Source: Octopus vulgaris
Taxonomy: Eukaryota
Assembly: GCA_951406725.2 (NCBI GenBank)
Contig: OX597819.1
Span: 119,908,001 to 119,972,000, forward strand
Length of the DNA: 64,000 bases
Direction of reading: 5' to 3'
In this document: positions 28,217-42,900 of the stretch, piece by piece
How positions within the stretch are numbered: position 1 is the stretch's first letter
Layout of the letters: each line of letters starts with the position of its first letter
Program-made: the position numbers and the translations under genes
Notes under the pieces: model-generated
What the model saw: only the letters and a program-made list of their open reading frames with translations
What the model was told of the DNA's origin: nothing
Database searches by the model: none

Positions 28217-28249
28217 TTTCCGACGAAGAGCTCCGCTCGAAACGTTAAA
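28217..28249 (+). ncRNA. Minimal/degenerate hammerhead-like motif in a short TA-flanked insert (~28146-28330)
   Basis: TTT-CCGACGA-a-GAGC tcc GCTC-GAAA-CG-TT^AAA; related motifs at ~28772-28805 (-) and 60597-60630 (-). Confidence 0.5.
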
Positions 28250-28424
28250 CCCTCCTACTTCCCTTCTTTTCTGAGCGTCCAATAATACTTTATTTGTTCC
28301 ACGTCCTCGCGTTGCTGTGTTTTTTTTTATATAATAAATAAATATAATAAATAAATAATAAATAAATATATGTATATGTTTGTATGTGTGTGTGCTATGT
28401 ACATAAACGCATATATATAAATAG

Positions 28425-28473
<49 letters not shown>

Positions 28474-28665
28474 TTTTAGGATTTGGTTTGCAAGATTCTT
28501 TATATGAGTTCGTGTGTTGAAGCATATTCTGTTGTGTTTGGGGAGAGTCATTTTCTTTTTGTGACTTATAATATAACACACTCACCGGTAAAATTTCCAC
28601 TTTTTTCTTATTATTATTTTCCTAAAACTTTCGTTGGGTCTTGCAACCTTTTCTATAGTTTTTAA

Positions 28666-28725
<60 letters not shown>

Positions 28726-29069
28726 GGGGAATTCACAAAAAAAAACCAAAAGACGAAGAAAGGTGGTGTAGACTGTTTCGAGCCTATGCTCGCTCTTCCA
28801 CAGAAAGAAACACAGAAAGAAACAAGGTGAGAAAATAAAGAATGTGTAGTGGTTAGCTATCTATCATATATTTATAGACGTATATATATATATGTCTATC
28901 TACTCCACATTTAGAAATGTGGAGTAAATAGTCAGCCGACAACTGATGAAGAGTCGTTCTCTGTGCTTACTTGTTCTGTTTTCCAGTCTTTTTCTCTTGG
29001 TATTTGCATATTTAACACTTGTTTTACGTATTTCCTGTTTACGCAGTTGGTGACGCACAGTATGCATAG

Positions 29070-29995
29070 CTCAAACACTACAGACCTATCTCTCTGACCT
29101 CACACATCAGCAAGGTCATGGAATGAATAGTCAGAAGAAAACTAATCACCTCCCTGAAGAAAATGACTTGCTGACTGACACCCAACATAGTTTCTGACCA
29201 GGAAGAAGCTGCCTGACTCAGCTCTTACAACACTATGAATGAGTACTGAAACAAGCTGCTCAACCACTGAAATGTGGAAGTGTTATATCTCGATTTTGCA
29301 AAGGCCTTTGATAAGTCGATCATGGAATGATATGTCACAAAGTGCGTGATCTCGGCATAGTCGGAAAATGGGGAGAATGGCTTCATGACTTTCTGAAGGA
29401 TAGAAGTCTGGTGGTAGTAGCCAAATAATGAGCGGTGTTCTGCAAAGCACTGTTTTGGACGACTACTGTTTATAATGGCCCTCTCAGACATGCCCCAGCC
29501 GCACAGAGAGCCAGGAACACAAGTTATGCAGATGATACAAAAGTCTCACAATACAGAAACCTGAAGACACTATGTACCTGCAATATGAGCAGGATGAAAT
29601 ATACAAGTGGGTGGAAAAGAATAACCTGCAGTTTAATACTGAAAGGTTTCAAGCTTTGTGCTATCACCATGCAAATCTAAAAGCAAAAGCAATTAAATAC
29701 ACTGGACCTGGGGGGATTGCAATCCCATAGGCACAGTCAGTGCGAGACCGTGAGTAATGATGCATCCTTCCATGTGCATGTTGGTAAATTGGCAATGAAA
29801 TGCAGGTGGCTGACCGCATAGATTCTTACGACTTTTAGAAAAAGAGACAGGGCAACCATGTTTCTCCTCTGGAGGACACATGTCTTAAGCCAGTTTGTCT
29901 ATTGCACTCAGCAATGGTGACCAACCAGTGTCAAATTAATTACAGAACTTGAGTCATTCCACGAAGCTACAGGAAGAAGATAGCTTCTACGCAGC
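29070..29995 (+). pseudogene. Decayed CR1/L2-group LINE reverse transcriptase fragment
   Basis: YRPISLTSHISKVME, QHSF..GRSCLTQLL, YLDFAKAFD, SYADDTK with stops and frameshifts. Confidence 0.88.
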
Positions 29996-30019
29996 GAGAA
30001 CAAATCAAATAGCCCTCAC

Positions 30020-30325
30020 AGTTTGTTTTTACTGTTTTGTTCTTACTGTTCTGTTTTTGTTACCATTTTCACCCTCCGCAAAAAAATCTAAAATTATTTA
30101 ATTTGCTTTGTGGGAATCACTGATTTTACGAAATCGCGGAGTAGATAAAACAGGGGACAGCTGATAAAGGGGATGTTCTTTATGTTGCCTGTCTCGTGTG
30201 TCTGTTTCTTTCGTTGTTCCCAAAAAAGTCCGTTTTCTATATTTTTCTGTTTTATGTTCTCGTTTCTCATTTTGTCTACGTTTCTTTGATGCCCTGTACC
30301 CATATATGCATGTATATATACACAC

Positions 30326-30382
<57 letters not shown>

Positions 30383-30480
30383 GATATGTAGCTATGTACA
30401 TATATGTATGTATATATTCATATATTTATATTTTAGTTATATTATTATATGATCGAACGCCACGCATCAATTTCCAATAT
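30020..30480. repeat. Dispersed repeat shared with 36915-37350 and ~28915-29060
   Basis: Shared blocks (tttactgttttgttct, acaggggaca, cctgtacccatatatgcatg, gatcg.acgccacg). Confidence 0.65.
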
Positions 30481-32391
30481 TGACGAATCACTACTGATTA
30501 GTGTGTGGGTGTGTATGTGTATGGGCCTCTGTGTGTGTGTATGTATTTCTTATATACTTATATACACACACATACGACAGGCTATCGATTTACTTTTGTT
30601 TATCAAATTAACTTAGTAGGCATTGGATGGGTAGTCGGTTAGGAGCTATATTAAAAGACCTTTACTTAAGATACCGTGTAGTGGGCCGTCGGAAAAGTGT
30701 TTACGACTGTAACCCGTTGGAACAAGTTTGCAGAACCACCCGAAAGATTATGACTGTAAAGCCACGTTTTTAGCAACACATTGATGTCTATGTCTAGCAA
30801 AGGTCAGTGCCTTCTTGGTGTTTTATCTCCTCTTGTGAATTTGGATATCAAATTGTATATTCCAATATATTTAATTACCTTGTCCAAACTGCCATTGGTG
30901 TTATATTCAAACATTTCAAGACCACGGAAATTCTCAGCAACATGTTAAATATATGATATTAAATTATATAAACGCTACCTTGAGATAAACTATACAAATT
31001 GCGCTTTGGCGAATTGAAAACCAATATTTCCGTCACTTAACACCATTACCGCCTTACCGAATCTACTACATATCGGTAGCTGTTATTATTCCTCCAATTA
31101 GATTCTTTTAATTAGATAAATTGTTTCTGCTATTTTAAGTATTGTATTTTATCCCCCTAAGAGAGAACATTAGTCTATTAGCGTTAGCGTTACAGGCTGT
31201 TCTACTTAGGGCTAAGTAATTACCAATGCTGGAAAATACTAGAAGACAAAATTACATTGGCAATTATTTATTCAAGAGTAGGATATTACTTATACACTTC
31301 TACGTTTTGTTCAATTAGATGTTACACTACTGCACTATAATTCTGCGATAGTTCTTCAGACGTTTAAGTCATCTTAAATATAGGTTGGTGCTTCCTTAAG
31401 TAATTCTGATATTCGCATTTTAATCATGTACTTTTTACACACAAGTGCAGAGTGACTTCTCTTCAACCATTCTATGATGTGTTTTCTCTAAGGTTATTCA
31501 AATACAAATATATTGAACATGCTTCCGATGTATGTAAGTAAAATACTTTTCAAACCAGGCATCGTGTGAAGTATGTGAACCGGCAGATGCAATTTACGAT
31601 GCATTTTTGTTAGGCTTGTCATTAGCGAGCGCGTTAGCAGTATATTTAAGCTTGCGGTCTCCAAACAGAAATTCTCTCTTATTCGCTTCTATTGCAATGA
31701 TTTGCCAATGTGTCTCTTTGATGCCAGTAAAAGCAAACACAAAAGAATAAGAATAATAGGATCGATGCAATTTCATCTTGCTGTAACGATATCCTCAATA
31801 TTTACTTACAGAATGAAATACTTCGAGGCAAGTTTCTTTATGCTAACAGATCATAATACATTCCCTGAGAGATCATGATACATTCCCGAATGGGAATTTG
31901 AATAAGTGTCTAGGTACGAATGTAGAATGTTTGCCTTGGAAGAGCAAACTCTTATATGTATTCGATTGCACAACAGATGGTCGTTATTCAGTATGCCTGA
32001 TATGTGAGAGATTCTTCTATTGTTTTTTGGGGGCCTGTATTAGACCGAACTGAAAGCATATCTGAAGGCAGATATATAAAATTGTTATTAAATAATGGGT
32101 CAGAAATCCTGTTGGGATTTACATTGACATAATTTATATTTAATTAAAATATGAAAATTGAGGAACATATCGAATATACACTACAAATAGTGTATACATC
32201 GCATAAATACAATAATGGTTTGACTTAACCCCGCATTACGTAGGGATTCGTGGACGTGGAACACGTCCAAATCTTCAGATATTAGGAGTCAGAGTGAAAC
32301 TGTTATTAAAAACATGCAACTCTAGACAATTATGTTGGGTACTACTCCCTGTTTTATGCTTACACTCAGATACATATATATATGTGTGTGT

Positions 32392-32437
<46 letters not shown>

Positions 32438-32442
<5 letters not shown>

Positions 32443-34070
32443 CTCACAGAAGTAGTTACACCTCTTAAAAATTCCAGTAAAATTGCCATTACTCTAATAA
32501 TATCGAAGAAAGTAAAACGAAATTTATACTGAATAAAATATATAAGACATGCAAACATTATACAAATTGGAACACAAAACAATAAACATTTTCAATGATA
32601 TGAACAGAATACTAATTTTCAAACGATACAAAAATATGTACACCCTAAAAAGATTATTCCCTATACCCAATATATGGTGTGGCTGCCTTTGCTTTCAATG
32701 TATGATTTAAGCCTTCTGGGGATAGAGTCAACTAAATTGCCGCATATAACCGATGAAAACGACCCCGAGTTATCCTGAATGTTGTATTTCACCTCTGTTA
32801 CGTTGCGGGGTTTTTCCTCCTCAACCTTGCTTCTCAAAACACCCCAAAGATATTCAAGTGGGTTTAAATCAGGTGACATAGTAGGCCAAGGAAATACCTT
32901 CAACATTCTATCTGATAAAAAGTCATCGTTTTTGTGTTTTGTTTAGGGTAATTTTCATGCTGAAACATAGAATGTCTTTTCCGTTCCTTGATGCTGTTCA
33001 ACATCGTTTTCTCTGACATTTCACAATAAAGCCTTGAAACCATTGTTCTCTCAATAAATGTGAATCCTCCCACACCAGCTGCACTCATGCATCCCCAAAG
33101 AGTAACAATTCCGCCGCTGTGTTTCACGTTACGTACAGTGCGCTTGTCGGTATTTTCTTCACGTGGTCGTCACCATACTCGTTTAATACCATTCTGACCC
33201 AAACAAGATGATTTTAGTCTTGTCAGAAAAAAAGTATTTTATTCCAAAACCCTTTCCCTTTACTCACGTAGGTTTCGGCAAAAAAAGACGACTTGATTTA
33301 TGCCTGGTAGTAAGAAGATGCTTCCTACGAGGAATGCGTCCATGAAGACCACACTGGTTCAAACATCAGCTAACTGTTTGGGTGGATACATTCTTTCCAG
33401 TTCTTGTGTCAAAGATGAAGCGGTGCGACGCCTGTCGTCCATCACGCAACGTTGGATGTGACGCATATCACGCGCAGTTTAAATAGAAGAACGACCTGGA
33501 CGATGTTTATTCCTTAGAGGTCCACAAGCTATGTACTTCTTAATTACTTTGGCAATTGTGTTTATGCTAATATGTATTCGTTTGCTAATTAACTTGAATC
33601 CTAAACCATTCTTGTGCAAATTAAATTTTTTTTTTTTTTTAATTTTCAGACAATTCTTTTCCTTTTGATGCCATATTAATCACAATGAAGCTTCTCACCG
33701 CGGTACTACGGTACACAAATCAGAATTCCTGCAGATGCAGTAACAACGATTGGTGCAAACATGCCAACAGAAATAATTTATTAGAATTAAAATTATCAGC
33801 AAAATCTGCATTTAATAGAAGAATGTGGATAAAATATTAAATATAGCAAATTTTACTTTCGGGTGTACATATTTTTGTGACGTTTAAAAATTAAGATTTC
33901 CTTGATACCTTTGAAAATGTTTACTGTTTGTATTCCAAATTTGTACACTGTTTGCATTTATAATATATTTTATTCAGTATAAATTGCGTTTGATTTTATT
34001 CTATATTATCAGAGTAATGGCAACTATACTCAAATTTTTAAGGGGTGTACATATTCTGTGAAATACTGTA
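32438..34070 (-). mobile_element. Tc1/mariner DNA transposon with ~210 bp TIRs (IR/DR type), decayed
   Basis: 32440-32650 is inverted-similar to 33857-34068; GGTGTACATATT repeated within the TIR; right end ...TACTG-TA. Confidence 0.88.
32661..33674 (-). pseudogene. Tc1-like DD34E transposase pseudogene
   Basis: MASKGKELSE start, KHSGGIVTLWGCMSAAGVG, FQHENYPK, WPTMSPDLNPLEYLWG; frameshifts. Confidence 0.9.
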
Positions 34071-34399
34071 TATATCGTCGGTAAGACATAAATCGAAACA
34101 GAAGCACCTTCTACGTTATAGAGCAATATATAATATAAATAAAAATAAAGTTTTAAAATGCCAATTTATGGGGTTACCCTGGGTGAATCGTACATAAAGT
34201 GGTTAGTTTTACAACATGTCATCAGATCCAAAAATCTGTTGGCTTCATGCCTCTCTAGCGAGTGGCCTCTCTAGAATACGGAGGAGGAAATGTCCTCGCT
34301 ACTTAATGTCAACAACATGGAATTGTTCCGCTTGGCTATCGACCGTAAGTCACCCTCTTATCTGTGTATCTATCTATCTACCTACCTACACACACACAC

Positions 34400-34450
<51 letters not shown>

Positions 34451-34586
34451 CATGTGCATGCGCACGCGCGTGTACGTACATTTATATATGTATACGTTAT
34501 CTATATTATATAAATAAAAATATGAGAACGATAATATTTCTAAAAATGATATCCTTGGTGGCCGCGAATATAAGTCGCACAGGAAT

Positions 34587-34726
<140 letters not shown>

Positions 34727-34910
34727 CACATATACATATATATACATATATGTACTTTATTAAAAATCTGCAAAAATATCACAAAAATTGTTACTCAAAG
34801 TTTCACGTTCCACTTCGTCGGACAGTTTTGTTTAGAATATTATCACTCTACTTCTGGCATTCGAGTACAACTTTTTCATCTTGTTCCGCATCTATGTGCT
34901 TACCCTGGTG

Positions 34911-34972
<62 letters not shown>

Positions 34973-34998
34973 TATATACATATATATATATATGCATA

Positions 34999-35046
<48 letters not shown>

Positions 35047-35049
<3 letters not shown>

Positions 35050-35165
35050 GATGGTTCAAAAGTCATAATACAAAAGAATTTTTTTTTTATCAGAAACAGT
35101 TAAAAAAATCTGTTTCTTATAGAAAATAATTTTCTCTTATGTATGGCAACATTTGAATCACCCTG
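35047..35165. mobile_element. MITE-like element with mariner-type ends in a TA tract
   Basis: CAGGATGGTTCAAA ... TTTGAATCACCCTG imperfect TIR, AT-rich interior. Confidence 0.55.
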
Positions 35166-35166
35166 T

Positions 35167-35218
<52 letters not shown>

Positions 35219-35977
35219 GCGTATCTTTGTGTGCAACTGCATTATGCTACACGCTACTATATTACTTATACACGACAATAATAAAAGGGAATATAGACTA
35301 TGTGTTAATCAGTTCTGAAGTATGTCAGCGCCTCTCCTCACAGATGAAAAGTAGAGATTATTGAAACTCACTAAATCAGTATCTCTGCACGATTGTCCTC
35401 ACCAAACCACAATGAAGATCATAAAGGCTTGCTTGTGCCATGGCGAGAAATGTGTTTTACGTTACAGAGAGGAACACAGAATGTTATTTATAAGTAGATA
35501 TTGACCATGTTCGGTCTCTTATTTGATATACACGATTTCCATTCGAAAGCAATCGATAATGCCTTTATGCACAAGCAACAAGAATCAATTGATGAACACT
35601 ATGTGACCTAAGGGACAGAAAAATCGATATTTTAATCTAGGCAATAGATTGGAACTTCATAGAAATAGTATGGTTAATCAATGCAGGTTTCAGTTTCAGT
35701 AACAGAAAAAGATGCAAAACCTATCTACTTTACGGTAATAGGTTTTTGTAAGAGAATATCACTCCCTTCTTTGTGTCTCTTTACAACACATTTTCTCTTT
35801 CACTTATCTCTGTGTTTGTATCTCGCTTCTTATATAAATATATGCGTTGGTGCGTGTTTAAGTGTGTGTGTGTGCGTGTGTGTTCAAATAAGTGTGCACA
35901 GACATACTCGCGTGCACATATACGCACACTGACTCATACATGTTTCTACATGTATATGTATCCATGTGTATATATCA

Positions 35978-36029
<52 letters not shown>

Positions 36030-36129
36030 GTGTGTGTAAATATATGGATTTATATTTGTAGATAGAGATAAATTTATATATTTATATAAGTACATTTAAA
36101 TATACAAATACACACACACAGATATATAT

Positions 36130-36188
<59 letters not shown>

Positions 36189-36200
36189 ATATGTATATAT

Positions 36201-36247
<47 letters not shown>

Positions 36248-36251
36248 GTAC

Positions 36252-36293
<42 letters not shown>

Positions 36294-36320
36294 TTATTTA
36301 TGTAATTATATACATGTATG

Positions 36321-36620
36321 TGAAGGCGCATGGCTTAGTGGATAGAATGTTGCGCTTACGATCGTGAGATTGTGCGTTCGATTCCCGGACCGGGCTGCGT
36401 GTTGTGTTCTTGAGCAAGACACTTTATTTCACGTTCCTCTACTTCAGTCAGCTGTAGAAATGAGTTGCGACATCCTTGGTGCCAAGTTGCATCGGTTTTT
36501 GCCTGTTCCTTGGAGTGGAGAGGAGAGGCTGGTATGTATGGGCGACTGCTGGAGTTCCATAAAAACAACCCTACATTGTGCGTTCGACGGGGAGGCGACT
36601 CTCTGCCCAGACTTGTAATC
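36321..36620 (+). mobile_element. SINE family B-related
   Basis: GGCGCATGGCTTAGTGG...GTTCGATTCCC head. Confidence 0.7.
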
Positions 36621-37390
36621 ACGCATTCTTTTCCAAGTACGTTTTATCTTTGCGCACTCTTATTCTATCTCTTTTCTGTCTAGCTCTCTCTCTTTCTCTT
36701 GTTCTTCCTTTCTGTTTTTCACTCCCACCCTTTCCCTATTATTCTCCTCTCACCTTCACCGTTCTCTATCTTTCTCTCTCACTCGTCCTCCTTGACTCTA
36801 TCGTTCCTGACACGTGACTAACAGCCAATCTCTCTTTCACTTCCTTAATAAAGACAACACGTGCTTTTATCTGTCTCTTCTCAAAGCTCGCTTTTCCAAA
36901 CGTTCAACACTTCACGTTTGTCTTTACTGTTTTGTTCTCACCGTCCTGTTTTTTGTTACCACTTTGACCCTCCACAAAACATCCCAAATTTAATTTAATT
37001 TGTTTTGCGAGAAGGACTGTTTTAACGAAGGCGCGTGTTGTCCTTACCTTCGAACGCAGAGTATATAAAACAGGGGACAACGCGGAGTATATAAAAGAGG
37101 GGACATTTCTACAGCTGTTTCTCTGTTTGTTTGCTTTTTTTCGTTGTTCGAAAACATGTTCGTTTCTATGTTTTTGTTTTTTAAGTTTTCGTTTCTCACT
37201 CTGTCCAAGTTTTGTTATGTCCTGTACCCATATATGCATGTATATATACATATATATGTATGTATGTACATATATGTATGTATATATGCATACATTTATA
37301 TATTATTTATATTATTATATGATCGCACGCCACGTATCCTTTTCCAAGTATGTTTTATCTTTTATATATAAATATATATATATATATATA

Positions 37391-38174
37391 CTAAATAATT
37401 AAGGGTTTAGCAACGATTTGCTTCACCACACACCGAATTTAGAAATAGCAGTCAAAGAGTTTTGGCTATTCTTTCTACTTAAAAGGGAGATCCCAGTAAA
37501 ACCACACCACCTAAAAGGCAAACAACGCAGGCAAAAGAGAAAGAAATGACGACAATCATTCTATATTAAGTCACCTACGGACGTACGTTTCGGAATTAAG
37601 TCATAGGAAGGCATAAAAATTAAATAATTATGTCTTACCCAACTATCTTCCTCTTCAGCGTAGGACTCTTCAATTATAAATAATTGCGTCTCAATTATTA
37701 ATAATTGTGTATTAAATTTGAAGGCACTAGAAGACATCACCTCAACTCATGGTATCAGAGCGAGCGTAAGCCATTACCAGTACCACCAAATTCAAAGGGT
37801 GAATGAAAGTATGTCACCATCCCCCCTCCGCCAGCGTGCTGCCAAAAATAAGATGCTACGGTTTTTTACTGGGATGAAATATAATTATCAATAATAATAT
37901 AGGGTGAAATTAATTAATTTGGAATAATCATTAATTTCACCAAGTAGATTTCGGCATGTAAAAGCCCCATTCAAGGAAGGTTTAAGTAATACTAAGTAAT
38001 TAAGGGTTTAGCAACGATTTGCCTCACCACACACCGAATTTAGAAATAGCAGCCAAAGAGTTTTGGCTATTCTTTCTACTTAAAAGGGAGATCCCAGTAA
38101 AACCACAGCACTTAAAAGGCAAACAACGCAGGCAAAAGAGAAAGGAATGACGACAATCATTCTATATTAAGTCA

Positions 38175-38178
<4 letters not shown>
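37391..38178 (-). mobile_element. Retrozyme-like element: 601 bp unit plus ~187 bp partial repeat, in (TA)n
   Basis: 37391-37577 repeated at 37992-38178; hammerhead at 37574-37664; TA tracts on both sides. Confidence 0.82.
37574..37664 (-). ncRNA. Type I hammerhead ribozyme with extended stem II
   Basis: CCTACG-CTGAAGA-GGAA[~52 nt]TTCC-GAAA-CGTACG-TC^CGTAGG; palindromic ACGTACGT. Confidence 0.85.
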
Positions 38179-38250
<72 letters not shown>

Positions 38251-38606
38251 CCTTTCTACCACTTCTACACATTACTTTCCTTGGATAATGGAAATGTAAC
38301 TATAACATTTTTATATATTTTTATTTCTTCGTTCTTTCCCTTATTTCCCTCTATATGGCGAATGGAAGATAGAAGATGGAATATACGAGAATATATTAAT
38401 CCCGACAATTGTTTCGACACATCTAACATCGATACCTCACGGGTGGGATACTCAAAAACTGGTTCAGGAGCATCCGGTGGTGTAGATGTATCTCATCGGG
38501 TGGTAAATAGACACAAGTGGTTAAAATAACAGTTCCCCAATGTAACTTCTTTTGTAGAAGAAAAGTAGCCAGTGGGAAGAAATATATTTCGTGTATATAG
38601 ATAGAC

Positions 38607-38768
<162 letters not shown>

Positions 38769-38830
38769 ATAGACAGATATATAAACAGATATATAGAAAG
38801 ATAAGTCGGTAGATTGATAAATATATATAT

Positions 38831-40208
38831 ATATATAGATATAAGAAAAGGGACAGGTTGCTTGACCGCATACTGAAAAATAGAAATAGCAGTCAAGAAT
38901 GCTTATTTCTATCAAAGTTGGATTCTGGCATGACAAACCCTGTAATTCACATATACAAAACAGAAGGAATAGATAACGAAAACGAAGTCTGGCGGTTATC
39001 TGTGAACATCATGTTTCTGGATTATAAACATATTGAATATATATTTCATATATATATTTGATATATATTTCATATACATTGCATATATATTTCACATCCT
39101 TCTTCAGCTATTGCTTTCCATTGAAAAAGATTTATCATAGATTTATCAAATGCTACGTACTCAAACCTTCTGAGACATCAAAATATTTGAAGAAGTGAGC
39201 AAAAGCTAAACCTACATAGACGTTTGAATTCGTAAATCTTCCTCCAAAATTTTGCCATGCGCACTACAAAATAGTTCCATAAGATTGGGAACTATTAGTT
39301 GTCATAATGGAGTGAAAAATCCAAATAGTAATATAATAATAAGAGTAAATAATTTCTATAAAGGCTTTTAAAAAAAACCCAATTATTTAAATAATTGGGT
39401 TTTTTTTAAAAGCCTTTATAGAAATTATTTACTCTTATTATTATATTACTATTTGGATTTTTCACTCCATTATGACAACCCAATAGTTCCCAATCTTATG
39501 GAACTATTTTTGTAGTGCGCATGGCAAAATTTTGGAGGGAAGATTTACGAATTCAAACGTCTATGTAGGTTTAGCTTTTGCTCACTTTCTTCAAATATTT
39601 TGATGTCGCATGGTCAGAAGGTTTGAGGTACGTAGCATTTGATAAATCTATGATAAATCTTTTTCAATGGAAAGCTGTGCTGAAGAAGGATGTGAAATAT
39701 ATATGCAATGTATATGAAATATATATCAAATATATATATGAAATATATATTCAATATGTTTATAATCCAGAAACATGATGTTCACAGATAACCGCCAGAC
39801 TTCGTTTTCGTTATCTATTCCTTCTGTTTTGTATATGTGAATTACAGGGTTTGTCGTGCCCGGAGTCCAACTTTGATAGAAATAAGCATTCTTGACTGCT
39901 ATTTCTATTTTTTCGGTATGCGGTCAAGCAACCTGTTTGCCTGTCCCTTTTTCTTATATACAATATATATACTGAACTTTACAGAAGTTCCTGCCGGTAA
40001 TCGGCTATATTTACATACCGAATTCTACCAGTAAATAATTGGGGTTTTTTTTAAAGCCTTTATAGAAATTATTTACTCTTAGTATTATATTACTATTTGG
40101 ATTTTTCACTCCATTATGACAACCCAATAGTTCCCAATCTTATGGAACTATTTTTGTAGTGCGCATGGCAAAATTTTGGAGGGAAGATTTACGAATTCAA
40201 ACGTCTAT
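38831..40208. mobile_element. Retrozyme-like element: spacerless ~560 bp-arm palindrome plus 644 bp tandem unit
   Basis: Palindrome axis at 39388/39389; unit restarts at 40033; hammerhead at 39675-39787; TA/GATA flanks. Confidence 0.75.
39675..39787 (+). ncRNA. Type I hammerhead-like ribozyme with AT-rich stem II insertion and GUU site
   Basis: CTGTG-CTGAAGA-aGGAT[~70 nt]ATCCa-GAAA-CATGATG-TT^CACAG; damaged mirror copy at ~39000-39110. Confidence 0.62.
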
Positions 40209-40413
40209 ATATACAGATAGATAGATAATACATAGATAGATACATACATAGATAGGGAGATAAATAGATACGTAAATCGATGGATAGATAAATAGATAGA
40301 CAAGCAGATGAATAGATGGACAGATAGATCGATAGATAGAGAGAGAGATAGTTAGATAGATACATACATACATACATACATACATACATCCATACATAGT
40401 TAGATAGATAGAC

Positions 40414-40501
<88 letters not shown>

Positions 40502-41020
40502 TGATCAGTTTCTTTTTTAAATTCTCTTAAGTATAATGTTTTCACGTATAGCGAAAGAAATAAAGTATGGCTCTACGTGTATGTTTGATGAATGGCTGGT
40601 GTATTGATGGGATGTTTGACTTTATTGTTTGTATTCATTTTTACTCGCGTAGATGTGTTTGTGTTCATGTGTAGGCTGTTAATCTCTTCGTATTTGGATT
40701 GGCTAAAACGCTGTAGAAGCAAGTTATGTCATTAAGAATGATTTGTACTGTTACAACTGAAGTAAGAATAAATTTTAAAACGCTGCGATATTTTCGATTC
40801 AAACCGCAAAATACGTGTTTCTGTGTGAATACACCTTCTTAACGATATTTTTTTCTGTGCTAATAATATTTATTCGAACGGTAAAAGCACGAAAAATTTG
40901 AAGAAAAATAATAAACATAGAGCTATGTCGAAGATGTTTTTTATATATAGTTTTATATATACATACATAATATGTACATATATATATACGTACATAATGC
41001 ACGTACACATACATGTATAT

Positions 41021-41066
<46 letters not shown>

Positions 41067-42180
41067 GTGTGTATATGTGTGTGTGTGAGTATGTGTATGT
41101 ATGTATGTATGTATGTATGTATGTATGTAGATATGTATGTATTTATGTAAATGCATAACTCAATAATAGATATTAGGTATGAATTATTATATTTAGCCGA
41201 GTTTACAAATGCATCGCTCGTTCGAGAACTTACATCACCCACTCTTCTTCCTTCTCTTTCTTTCTTCTACTTTTTGACTCTCTGTTTCTCCCACTCGCTC
41301 TTTCTCTCTCTCCTTCTCTCTCTCTATCTCTCTGAATAAACATACATACATATACATACATACATACATACATACATACATACATACATACATACATACA
41401 TACATACATACATACATACATACATACATACATACATACATACATACATACATACATACATACATACATACATACATACATACATACATACATACATACA
41501 TACATACATACATACATGCACGCATACATACATACATACATACATACATACATACATACATACATACATACATACATACATACATAGAGATTATATATAG
41601 AGAGATGTAGGTATAGGCATATTACACAAACGACTGAATGTTATGACAGCATGGAAACTTTAAAACTGGCATGTCGCTTGGAGTATGTTCACTGAAATGC
41701 ATGTCCAGAAGAAATTATACGATGTCGTTGCAACGTGTGTGCAACTACTATGAGCAATATTGCAGTTCATCCTAGAAGAAAAAGAAGAAGAAGGAGAATG
41801 AGAAGAAGAAGAAGAAGAAGAAGAAGAGGAAGTGGAAGAGGAAGAAGAAGAAGAAGAAGGAGAAGGAGAAGAAGATGAAGAAGAAGGAGGAGGAGGAGGA
41901 GAAGAAGAAGAAGAAGAAGAAGAAGAAGGAGATGAAGAAGAAGAAGGAGGAGGAGGAGGAGAAGAAGAAGAAGAAGAAGAAGAAGAAGGAGATGAAGAAG
42001 AAGAAGGAGGAGGAGGAGGAGGAGAAGAAGAAGAAGAAGAAGAAGAAGAAGAAGAAGAAGAAGAAGAAGAAGAAGAAGAAGAAGAAGAAGAAGAAGAAGA
42101 ACGGAAACAACATTAATATCAAGGCGCAGGGGATGTGGAGGAGGAAAATCATCATCATCATAATAATAATAATAATAATA

Positions 42181-42215
<35 letters not shown>

Positions 42216-42439
42216 TGATGATGATGTTGATGATAGGAGAATGCGATCTGCATCCACAGAAGCGGAAGGGTTGTTTACAGCAATATGAACAAAAGTTCAT
42301 TTAGCTGTAAATATCAATTATTGATCAATAAATCTATAACTGTATATTGCCGATTGAAAATGATGGATGTTGTCATGGTATGAATTCAGTACCCGAAATC
42401 TTTTGATAGGATTCTCGGCACGTGAATCCTGCAACCATT

Positions 42440-42900
42440 AATCATACGTAGGGCAACAATAATGACAGATAAATCATTTCCTGAGTAAATCGTAACTCTT
42501 TTTCATTAATAGTTATAAAAGGGAATTGTAGAAGGCAACGCAGCTCCATTAGAAGCGGAAAATTCCAGGTATATTCTCTTACCCCACTCCATTCCATTCT
42601 GCCGTTGATGACTTTGGCTGACAACTTAAGAGGTACTGGGTTTAGACGCGAATACTATGGTATAGAAATGAAAAATGTTTTGTACATGCACGATCTCAAG
42701 TTATATAGAACAAAAGAAATAATAAGAAACACTACTGCAGAAGGTACATGGATATGCGACAGAAATAAGCATGAGATTCAGCAGAGGAAAATACCGCAAA
42801 TTTACCTTCAATAGAGGGAAATTAATAGTAATTATGTTACATTCGATAAAGTATCTGAGATAAGAGAATTAAACTGAATATAAACACAAATAATTAGAAA
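42440..42900 (+). pseudogene. Highly decayed R4-like RT fragment
   Basis: GIFQV.SLTPL, NVLYMHDLKLY (resembles the HLLYMDDLKLY motif). Confidence 0.5.
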
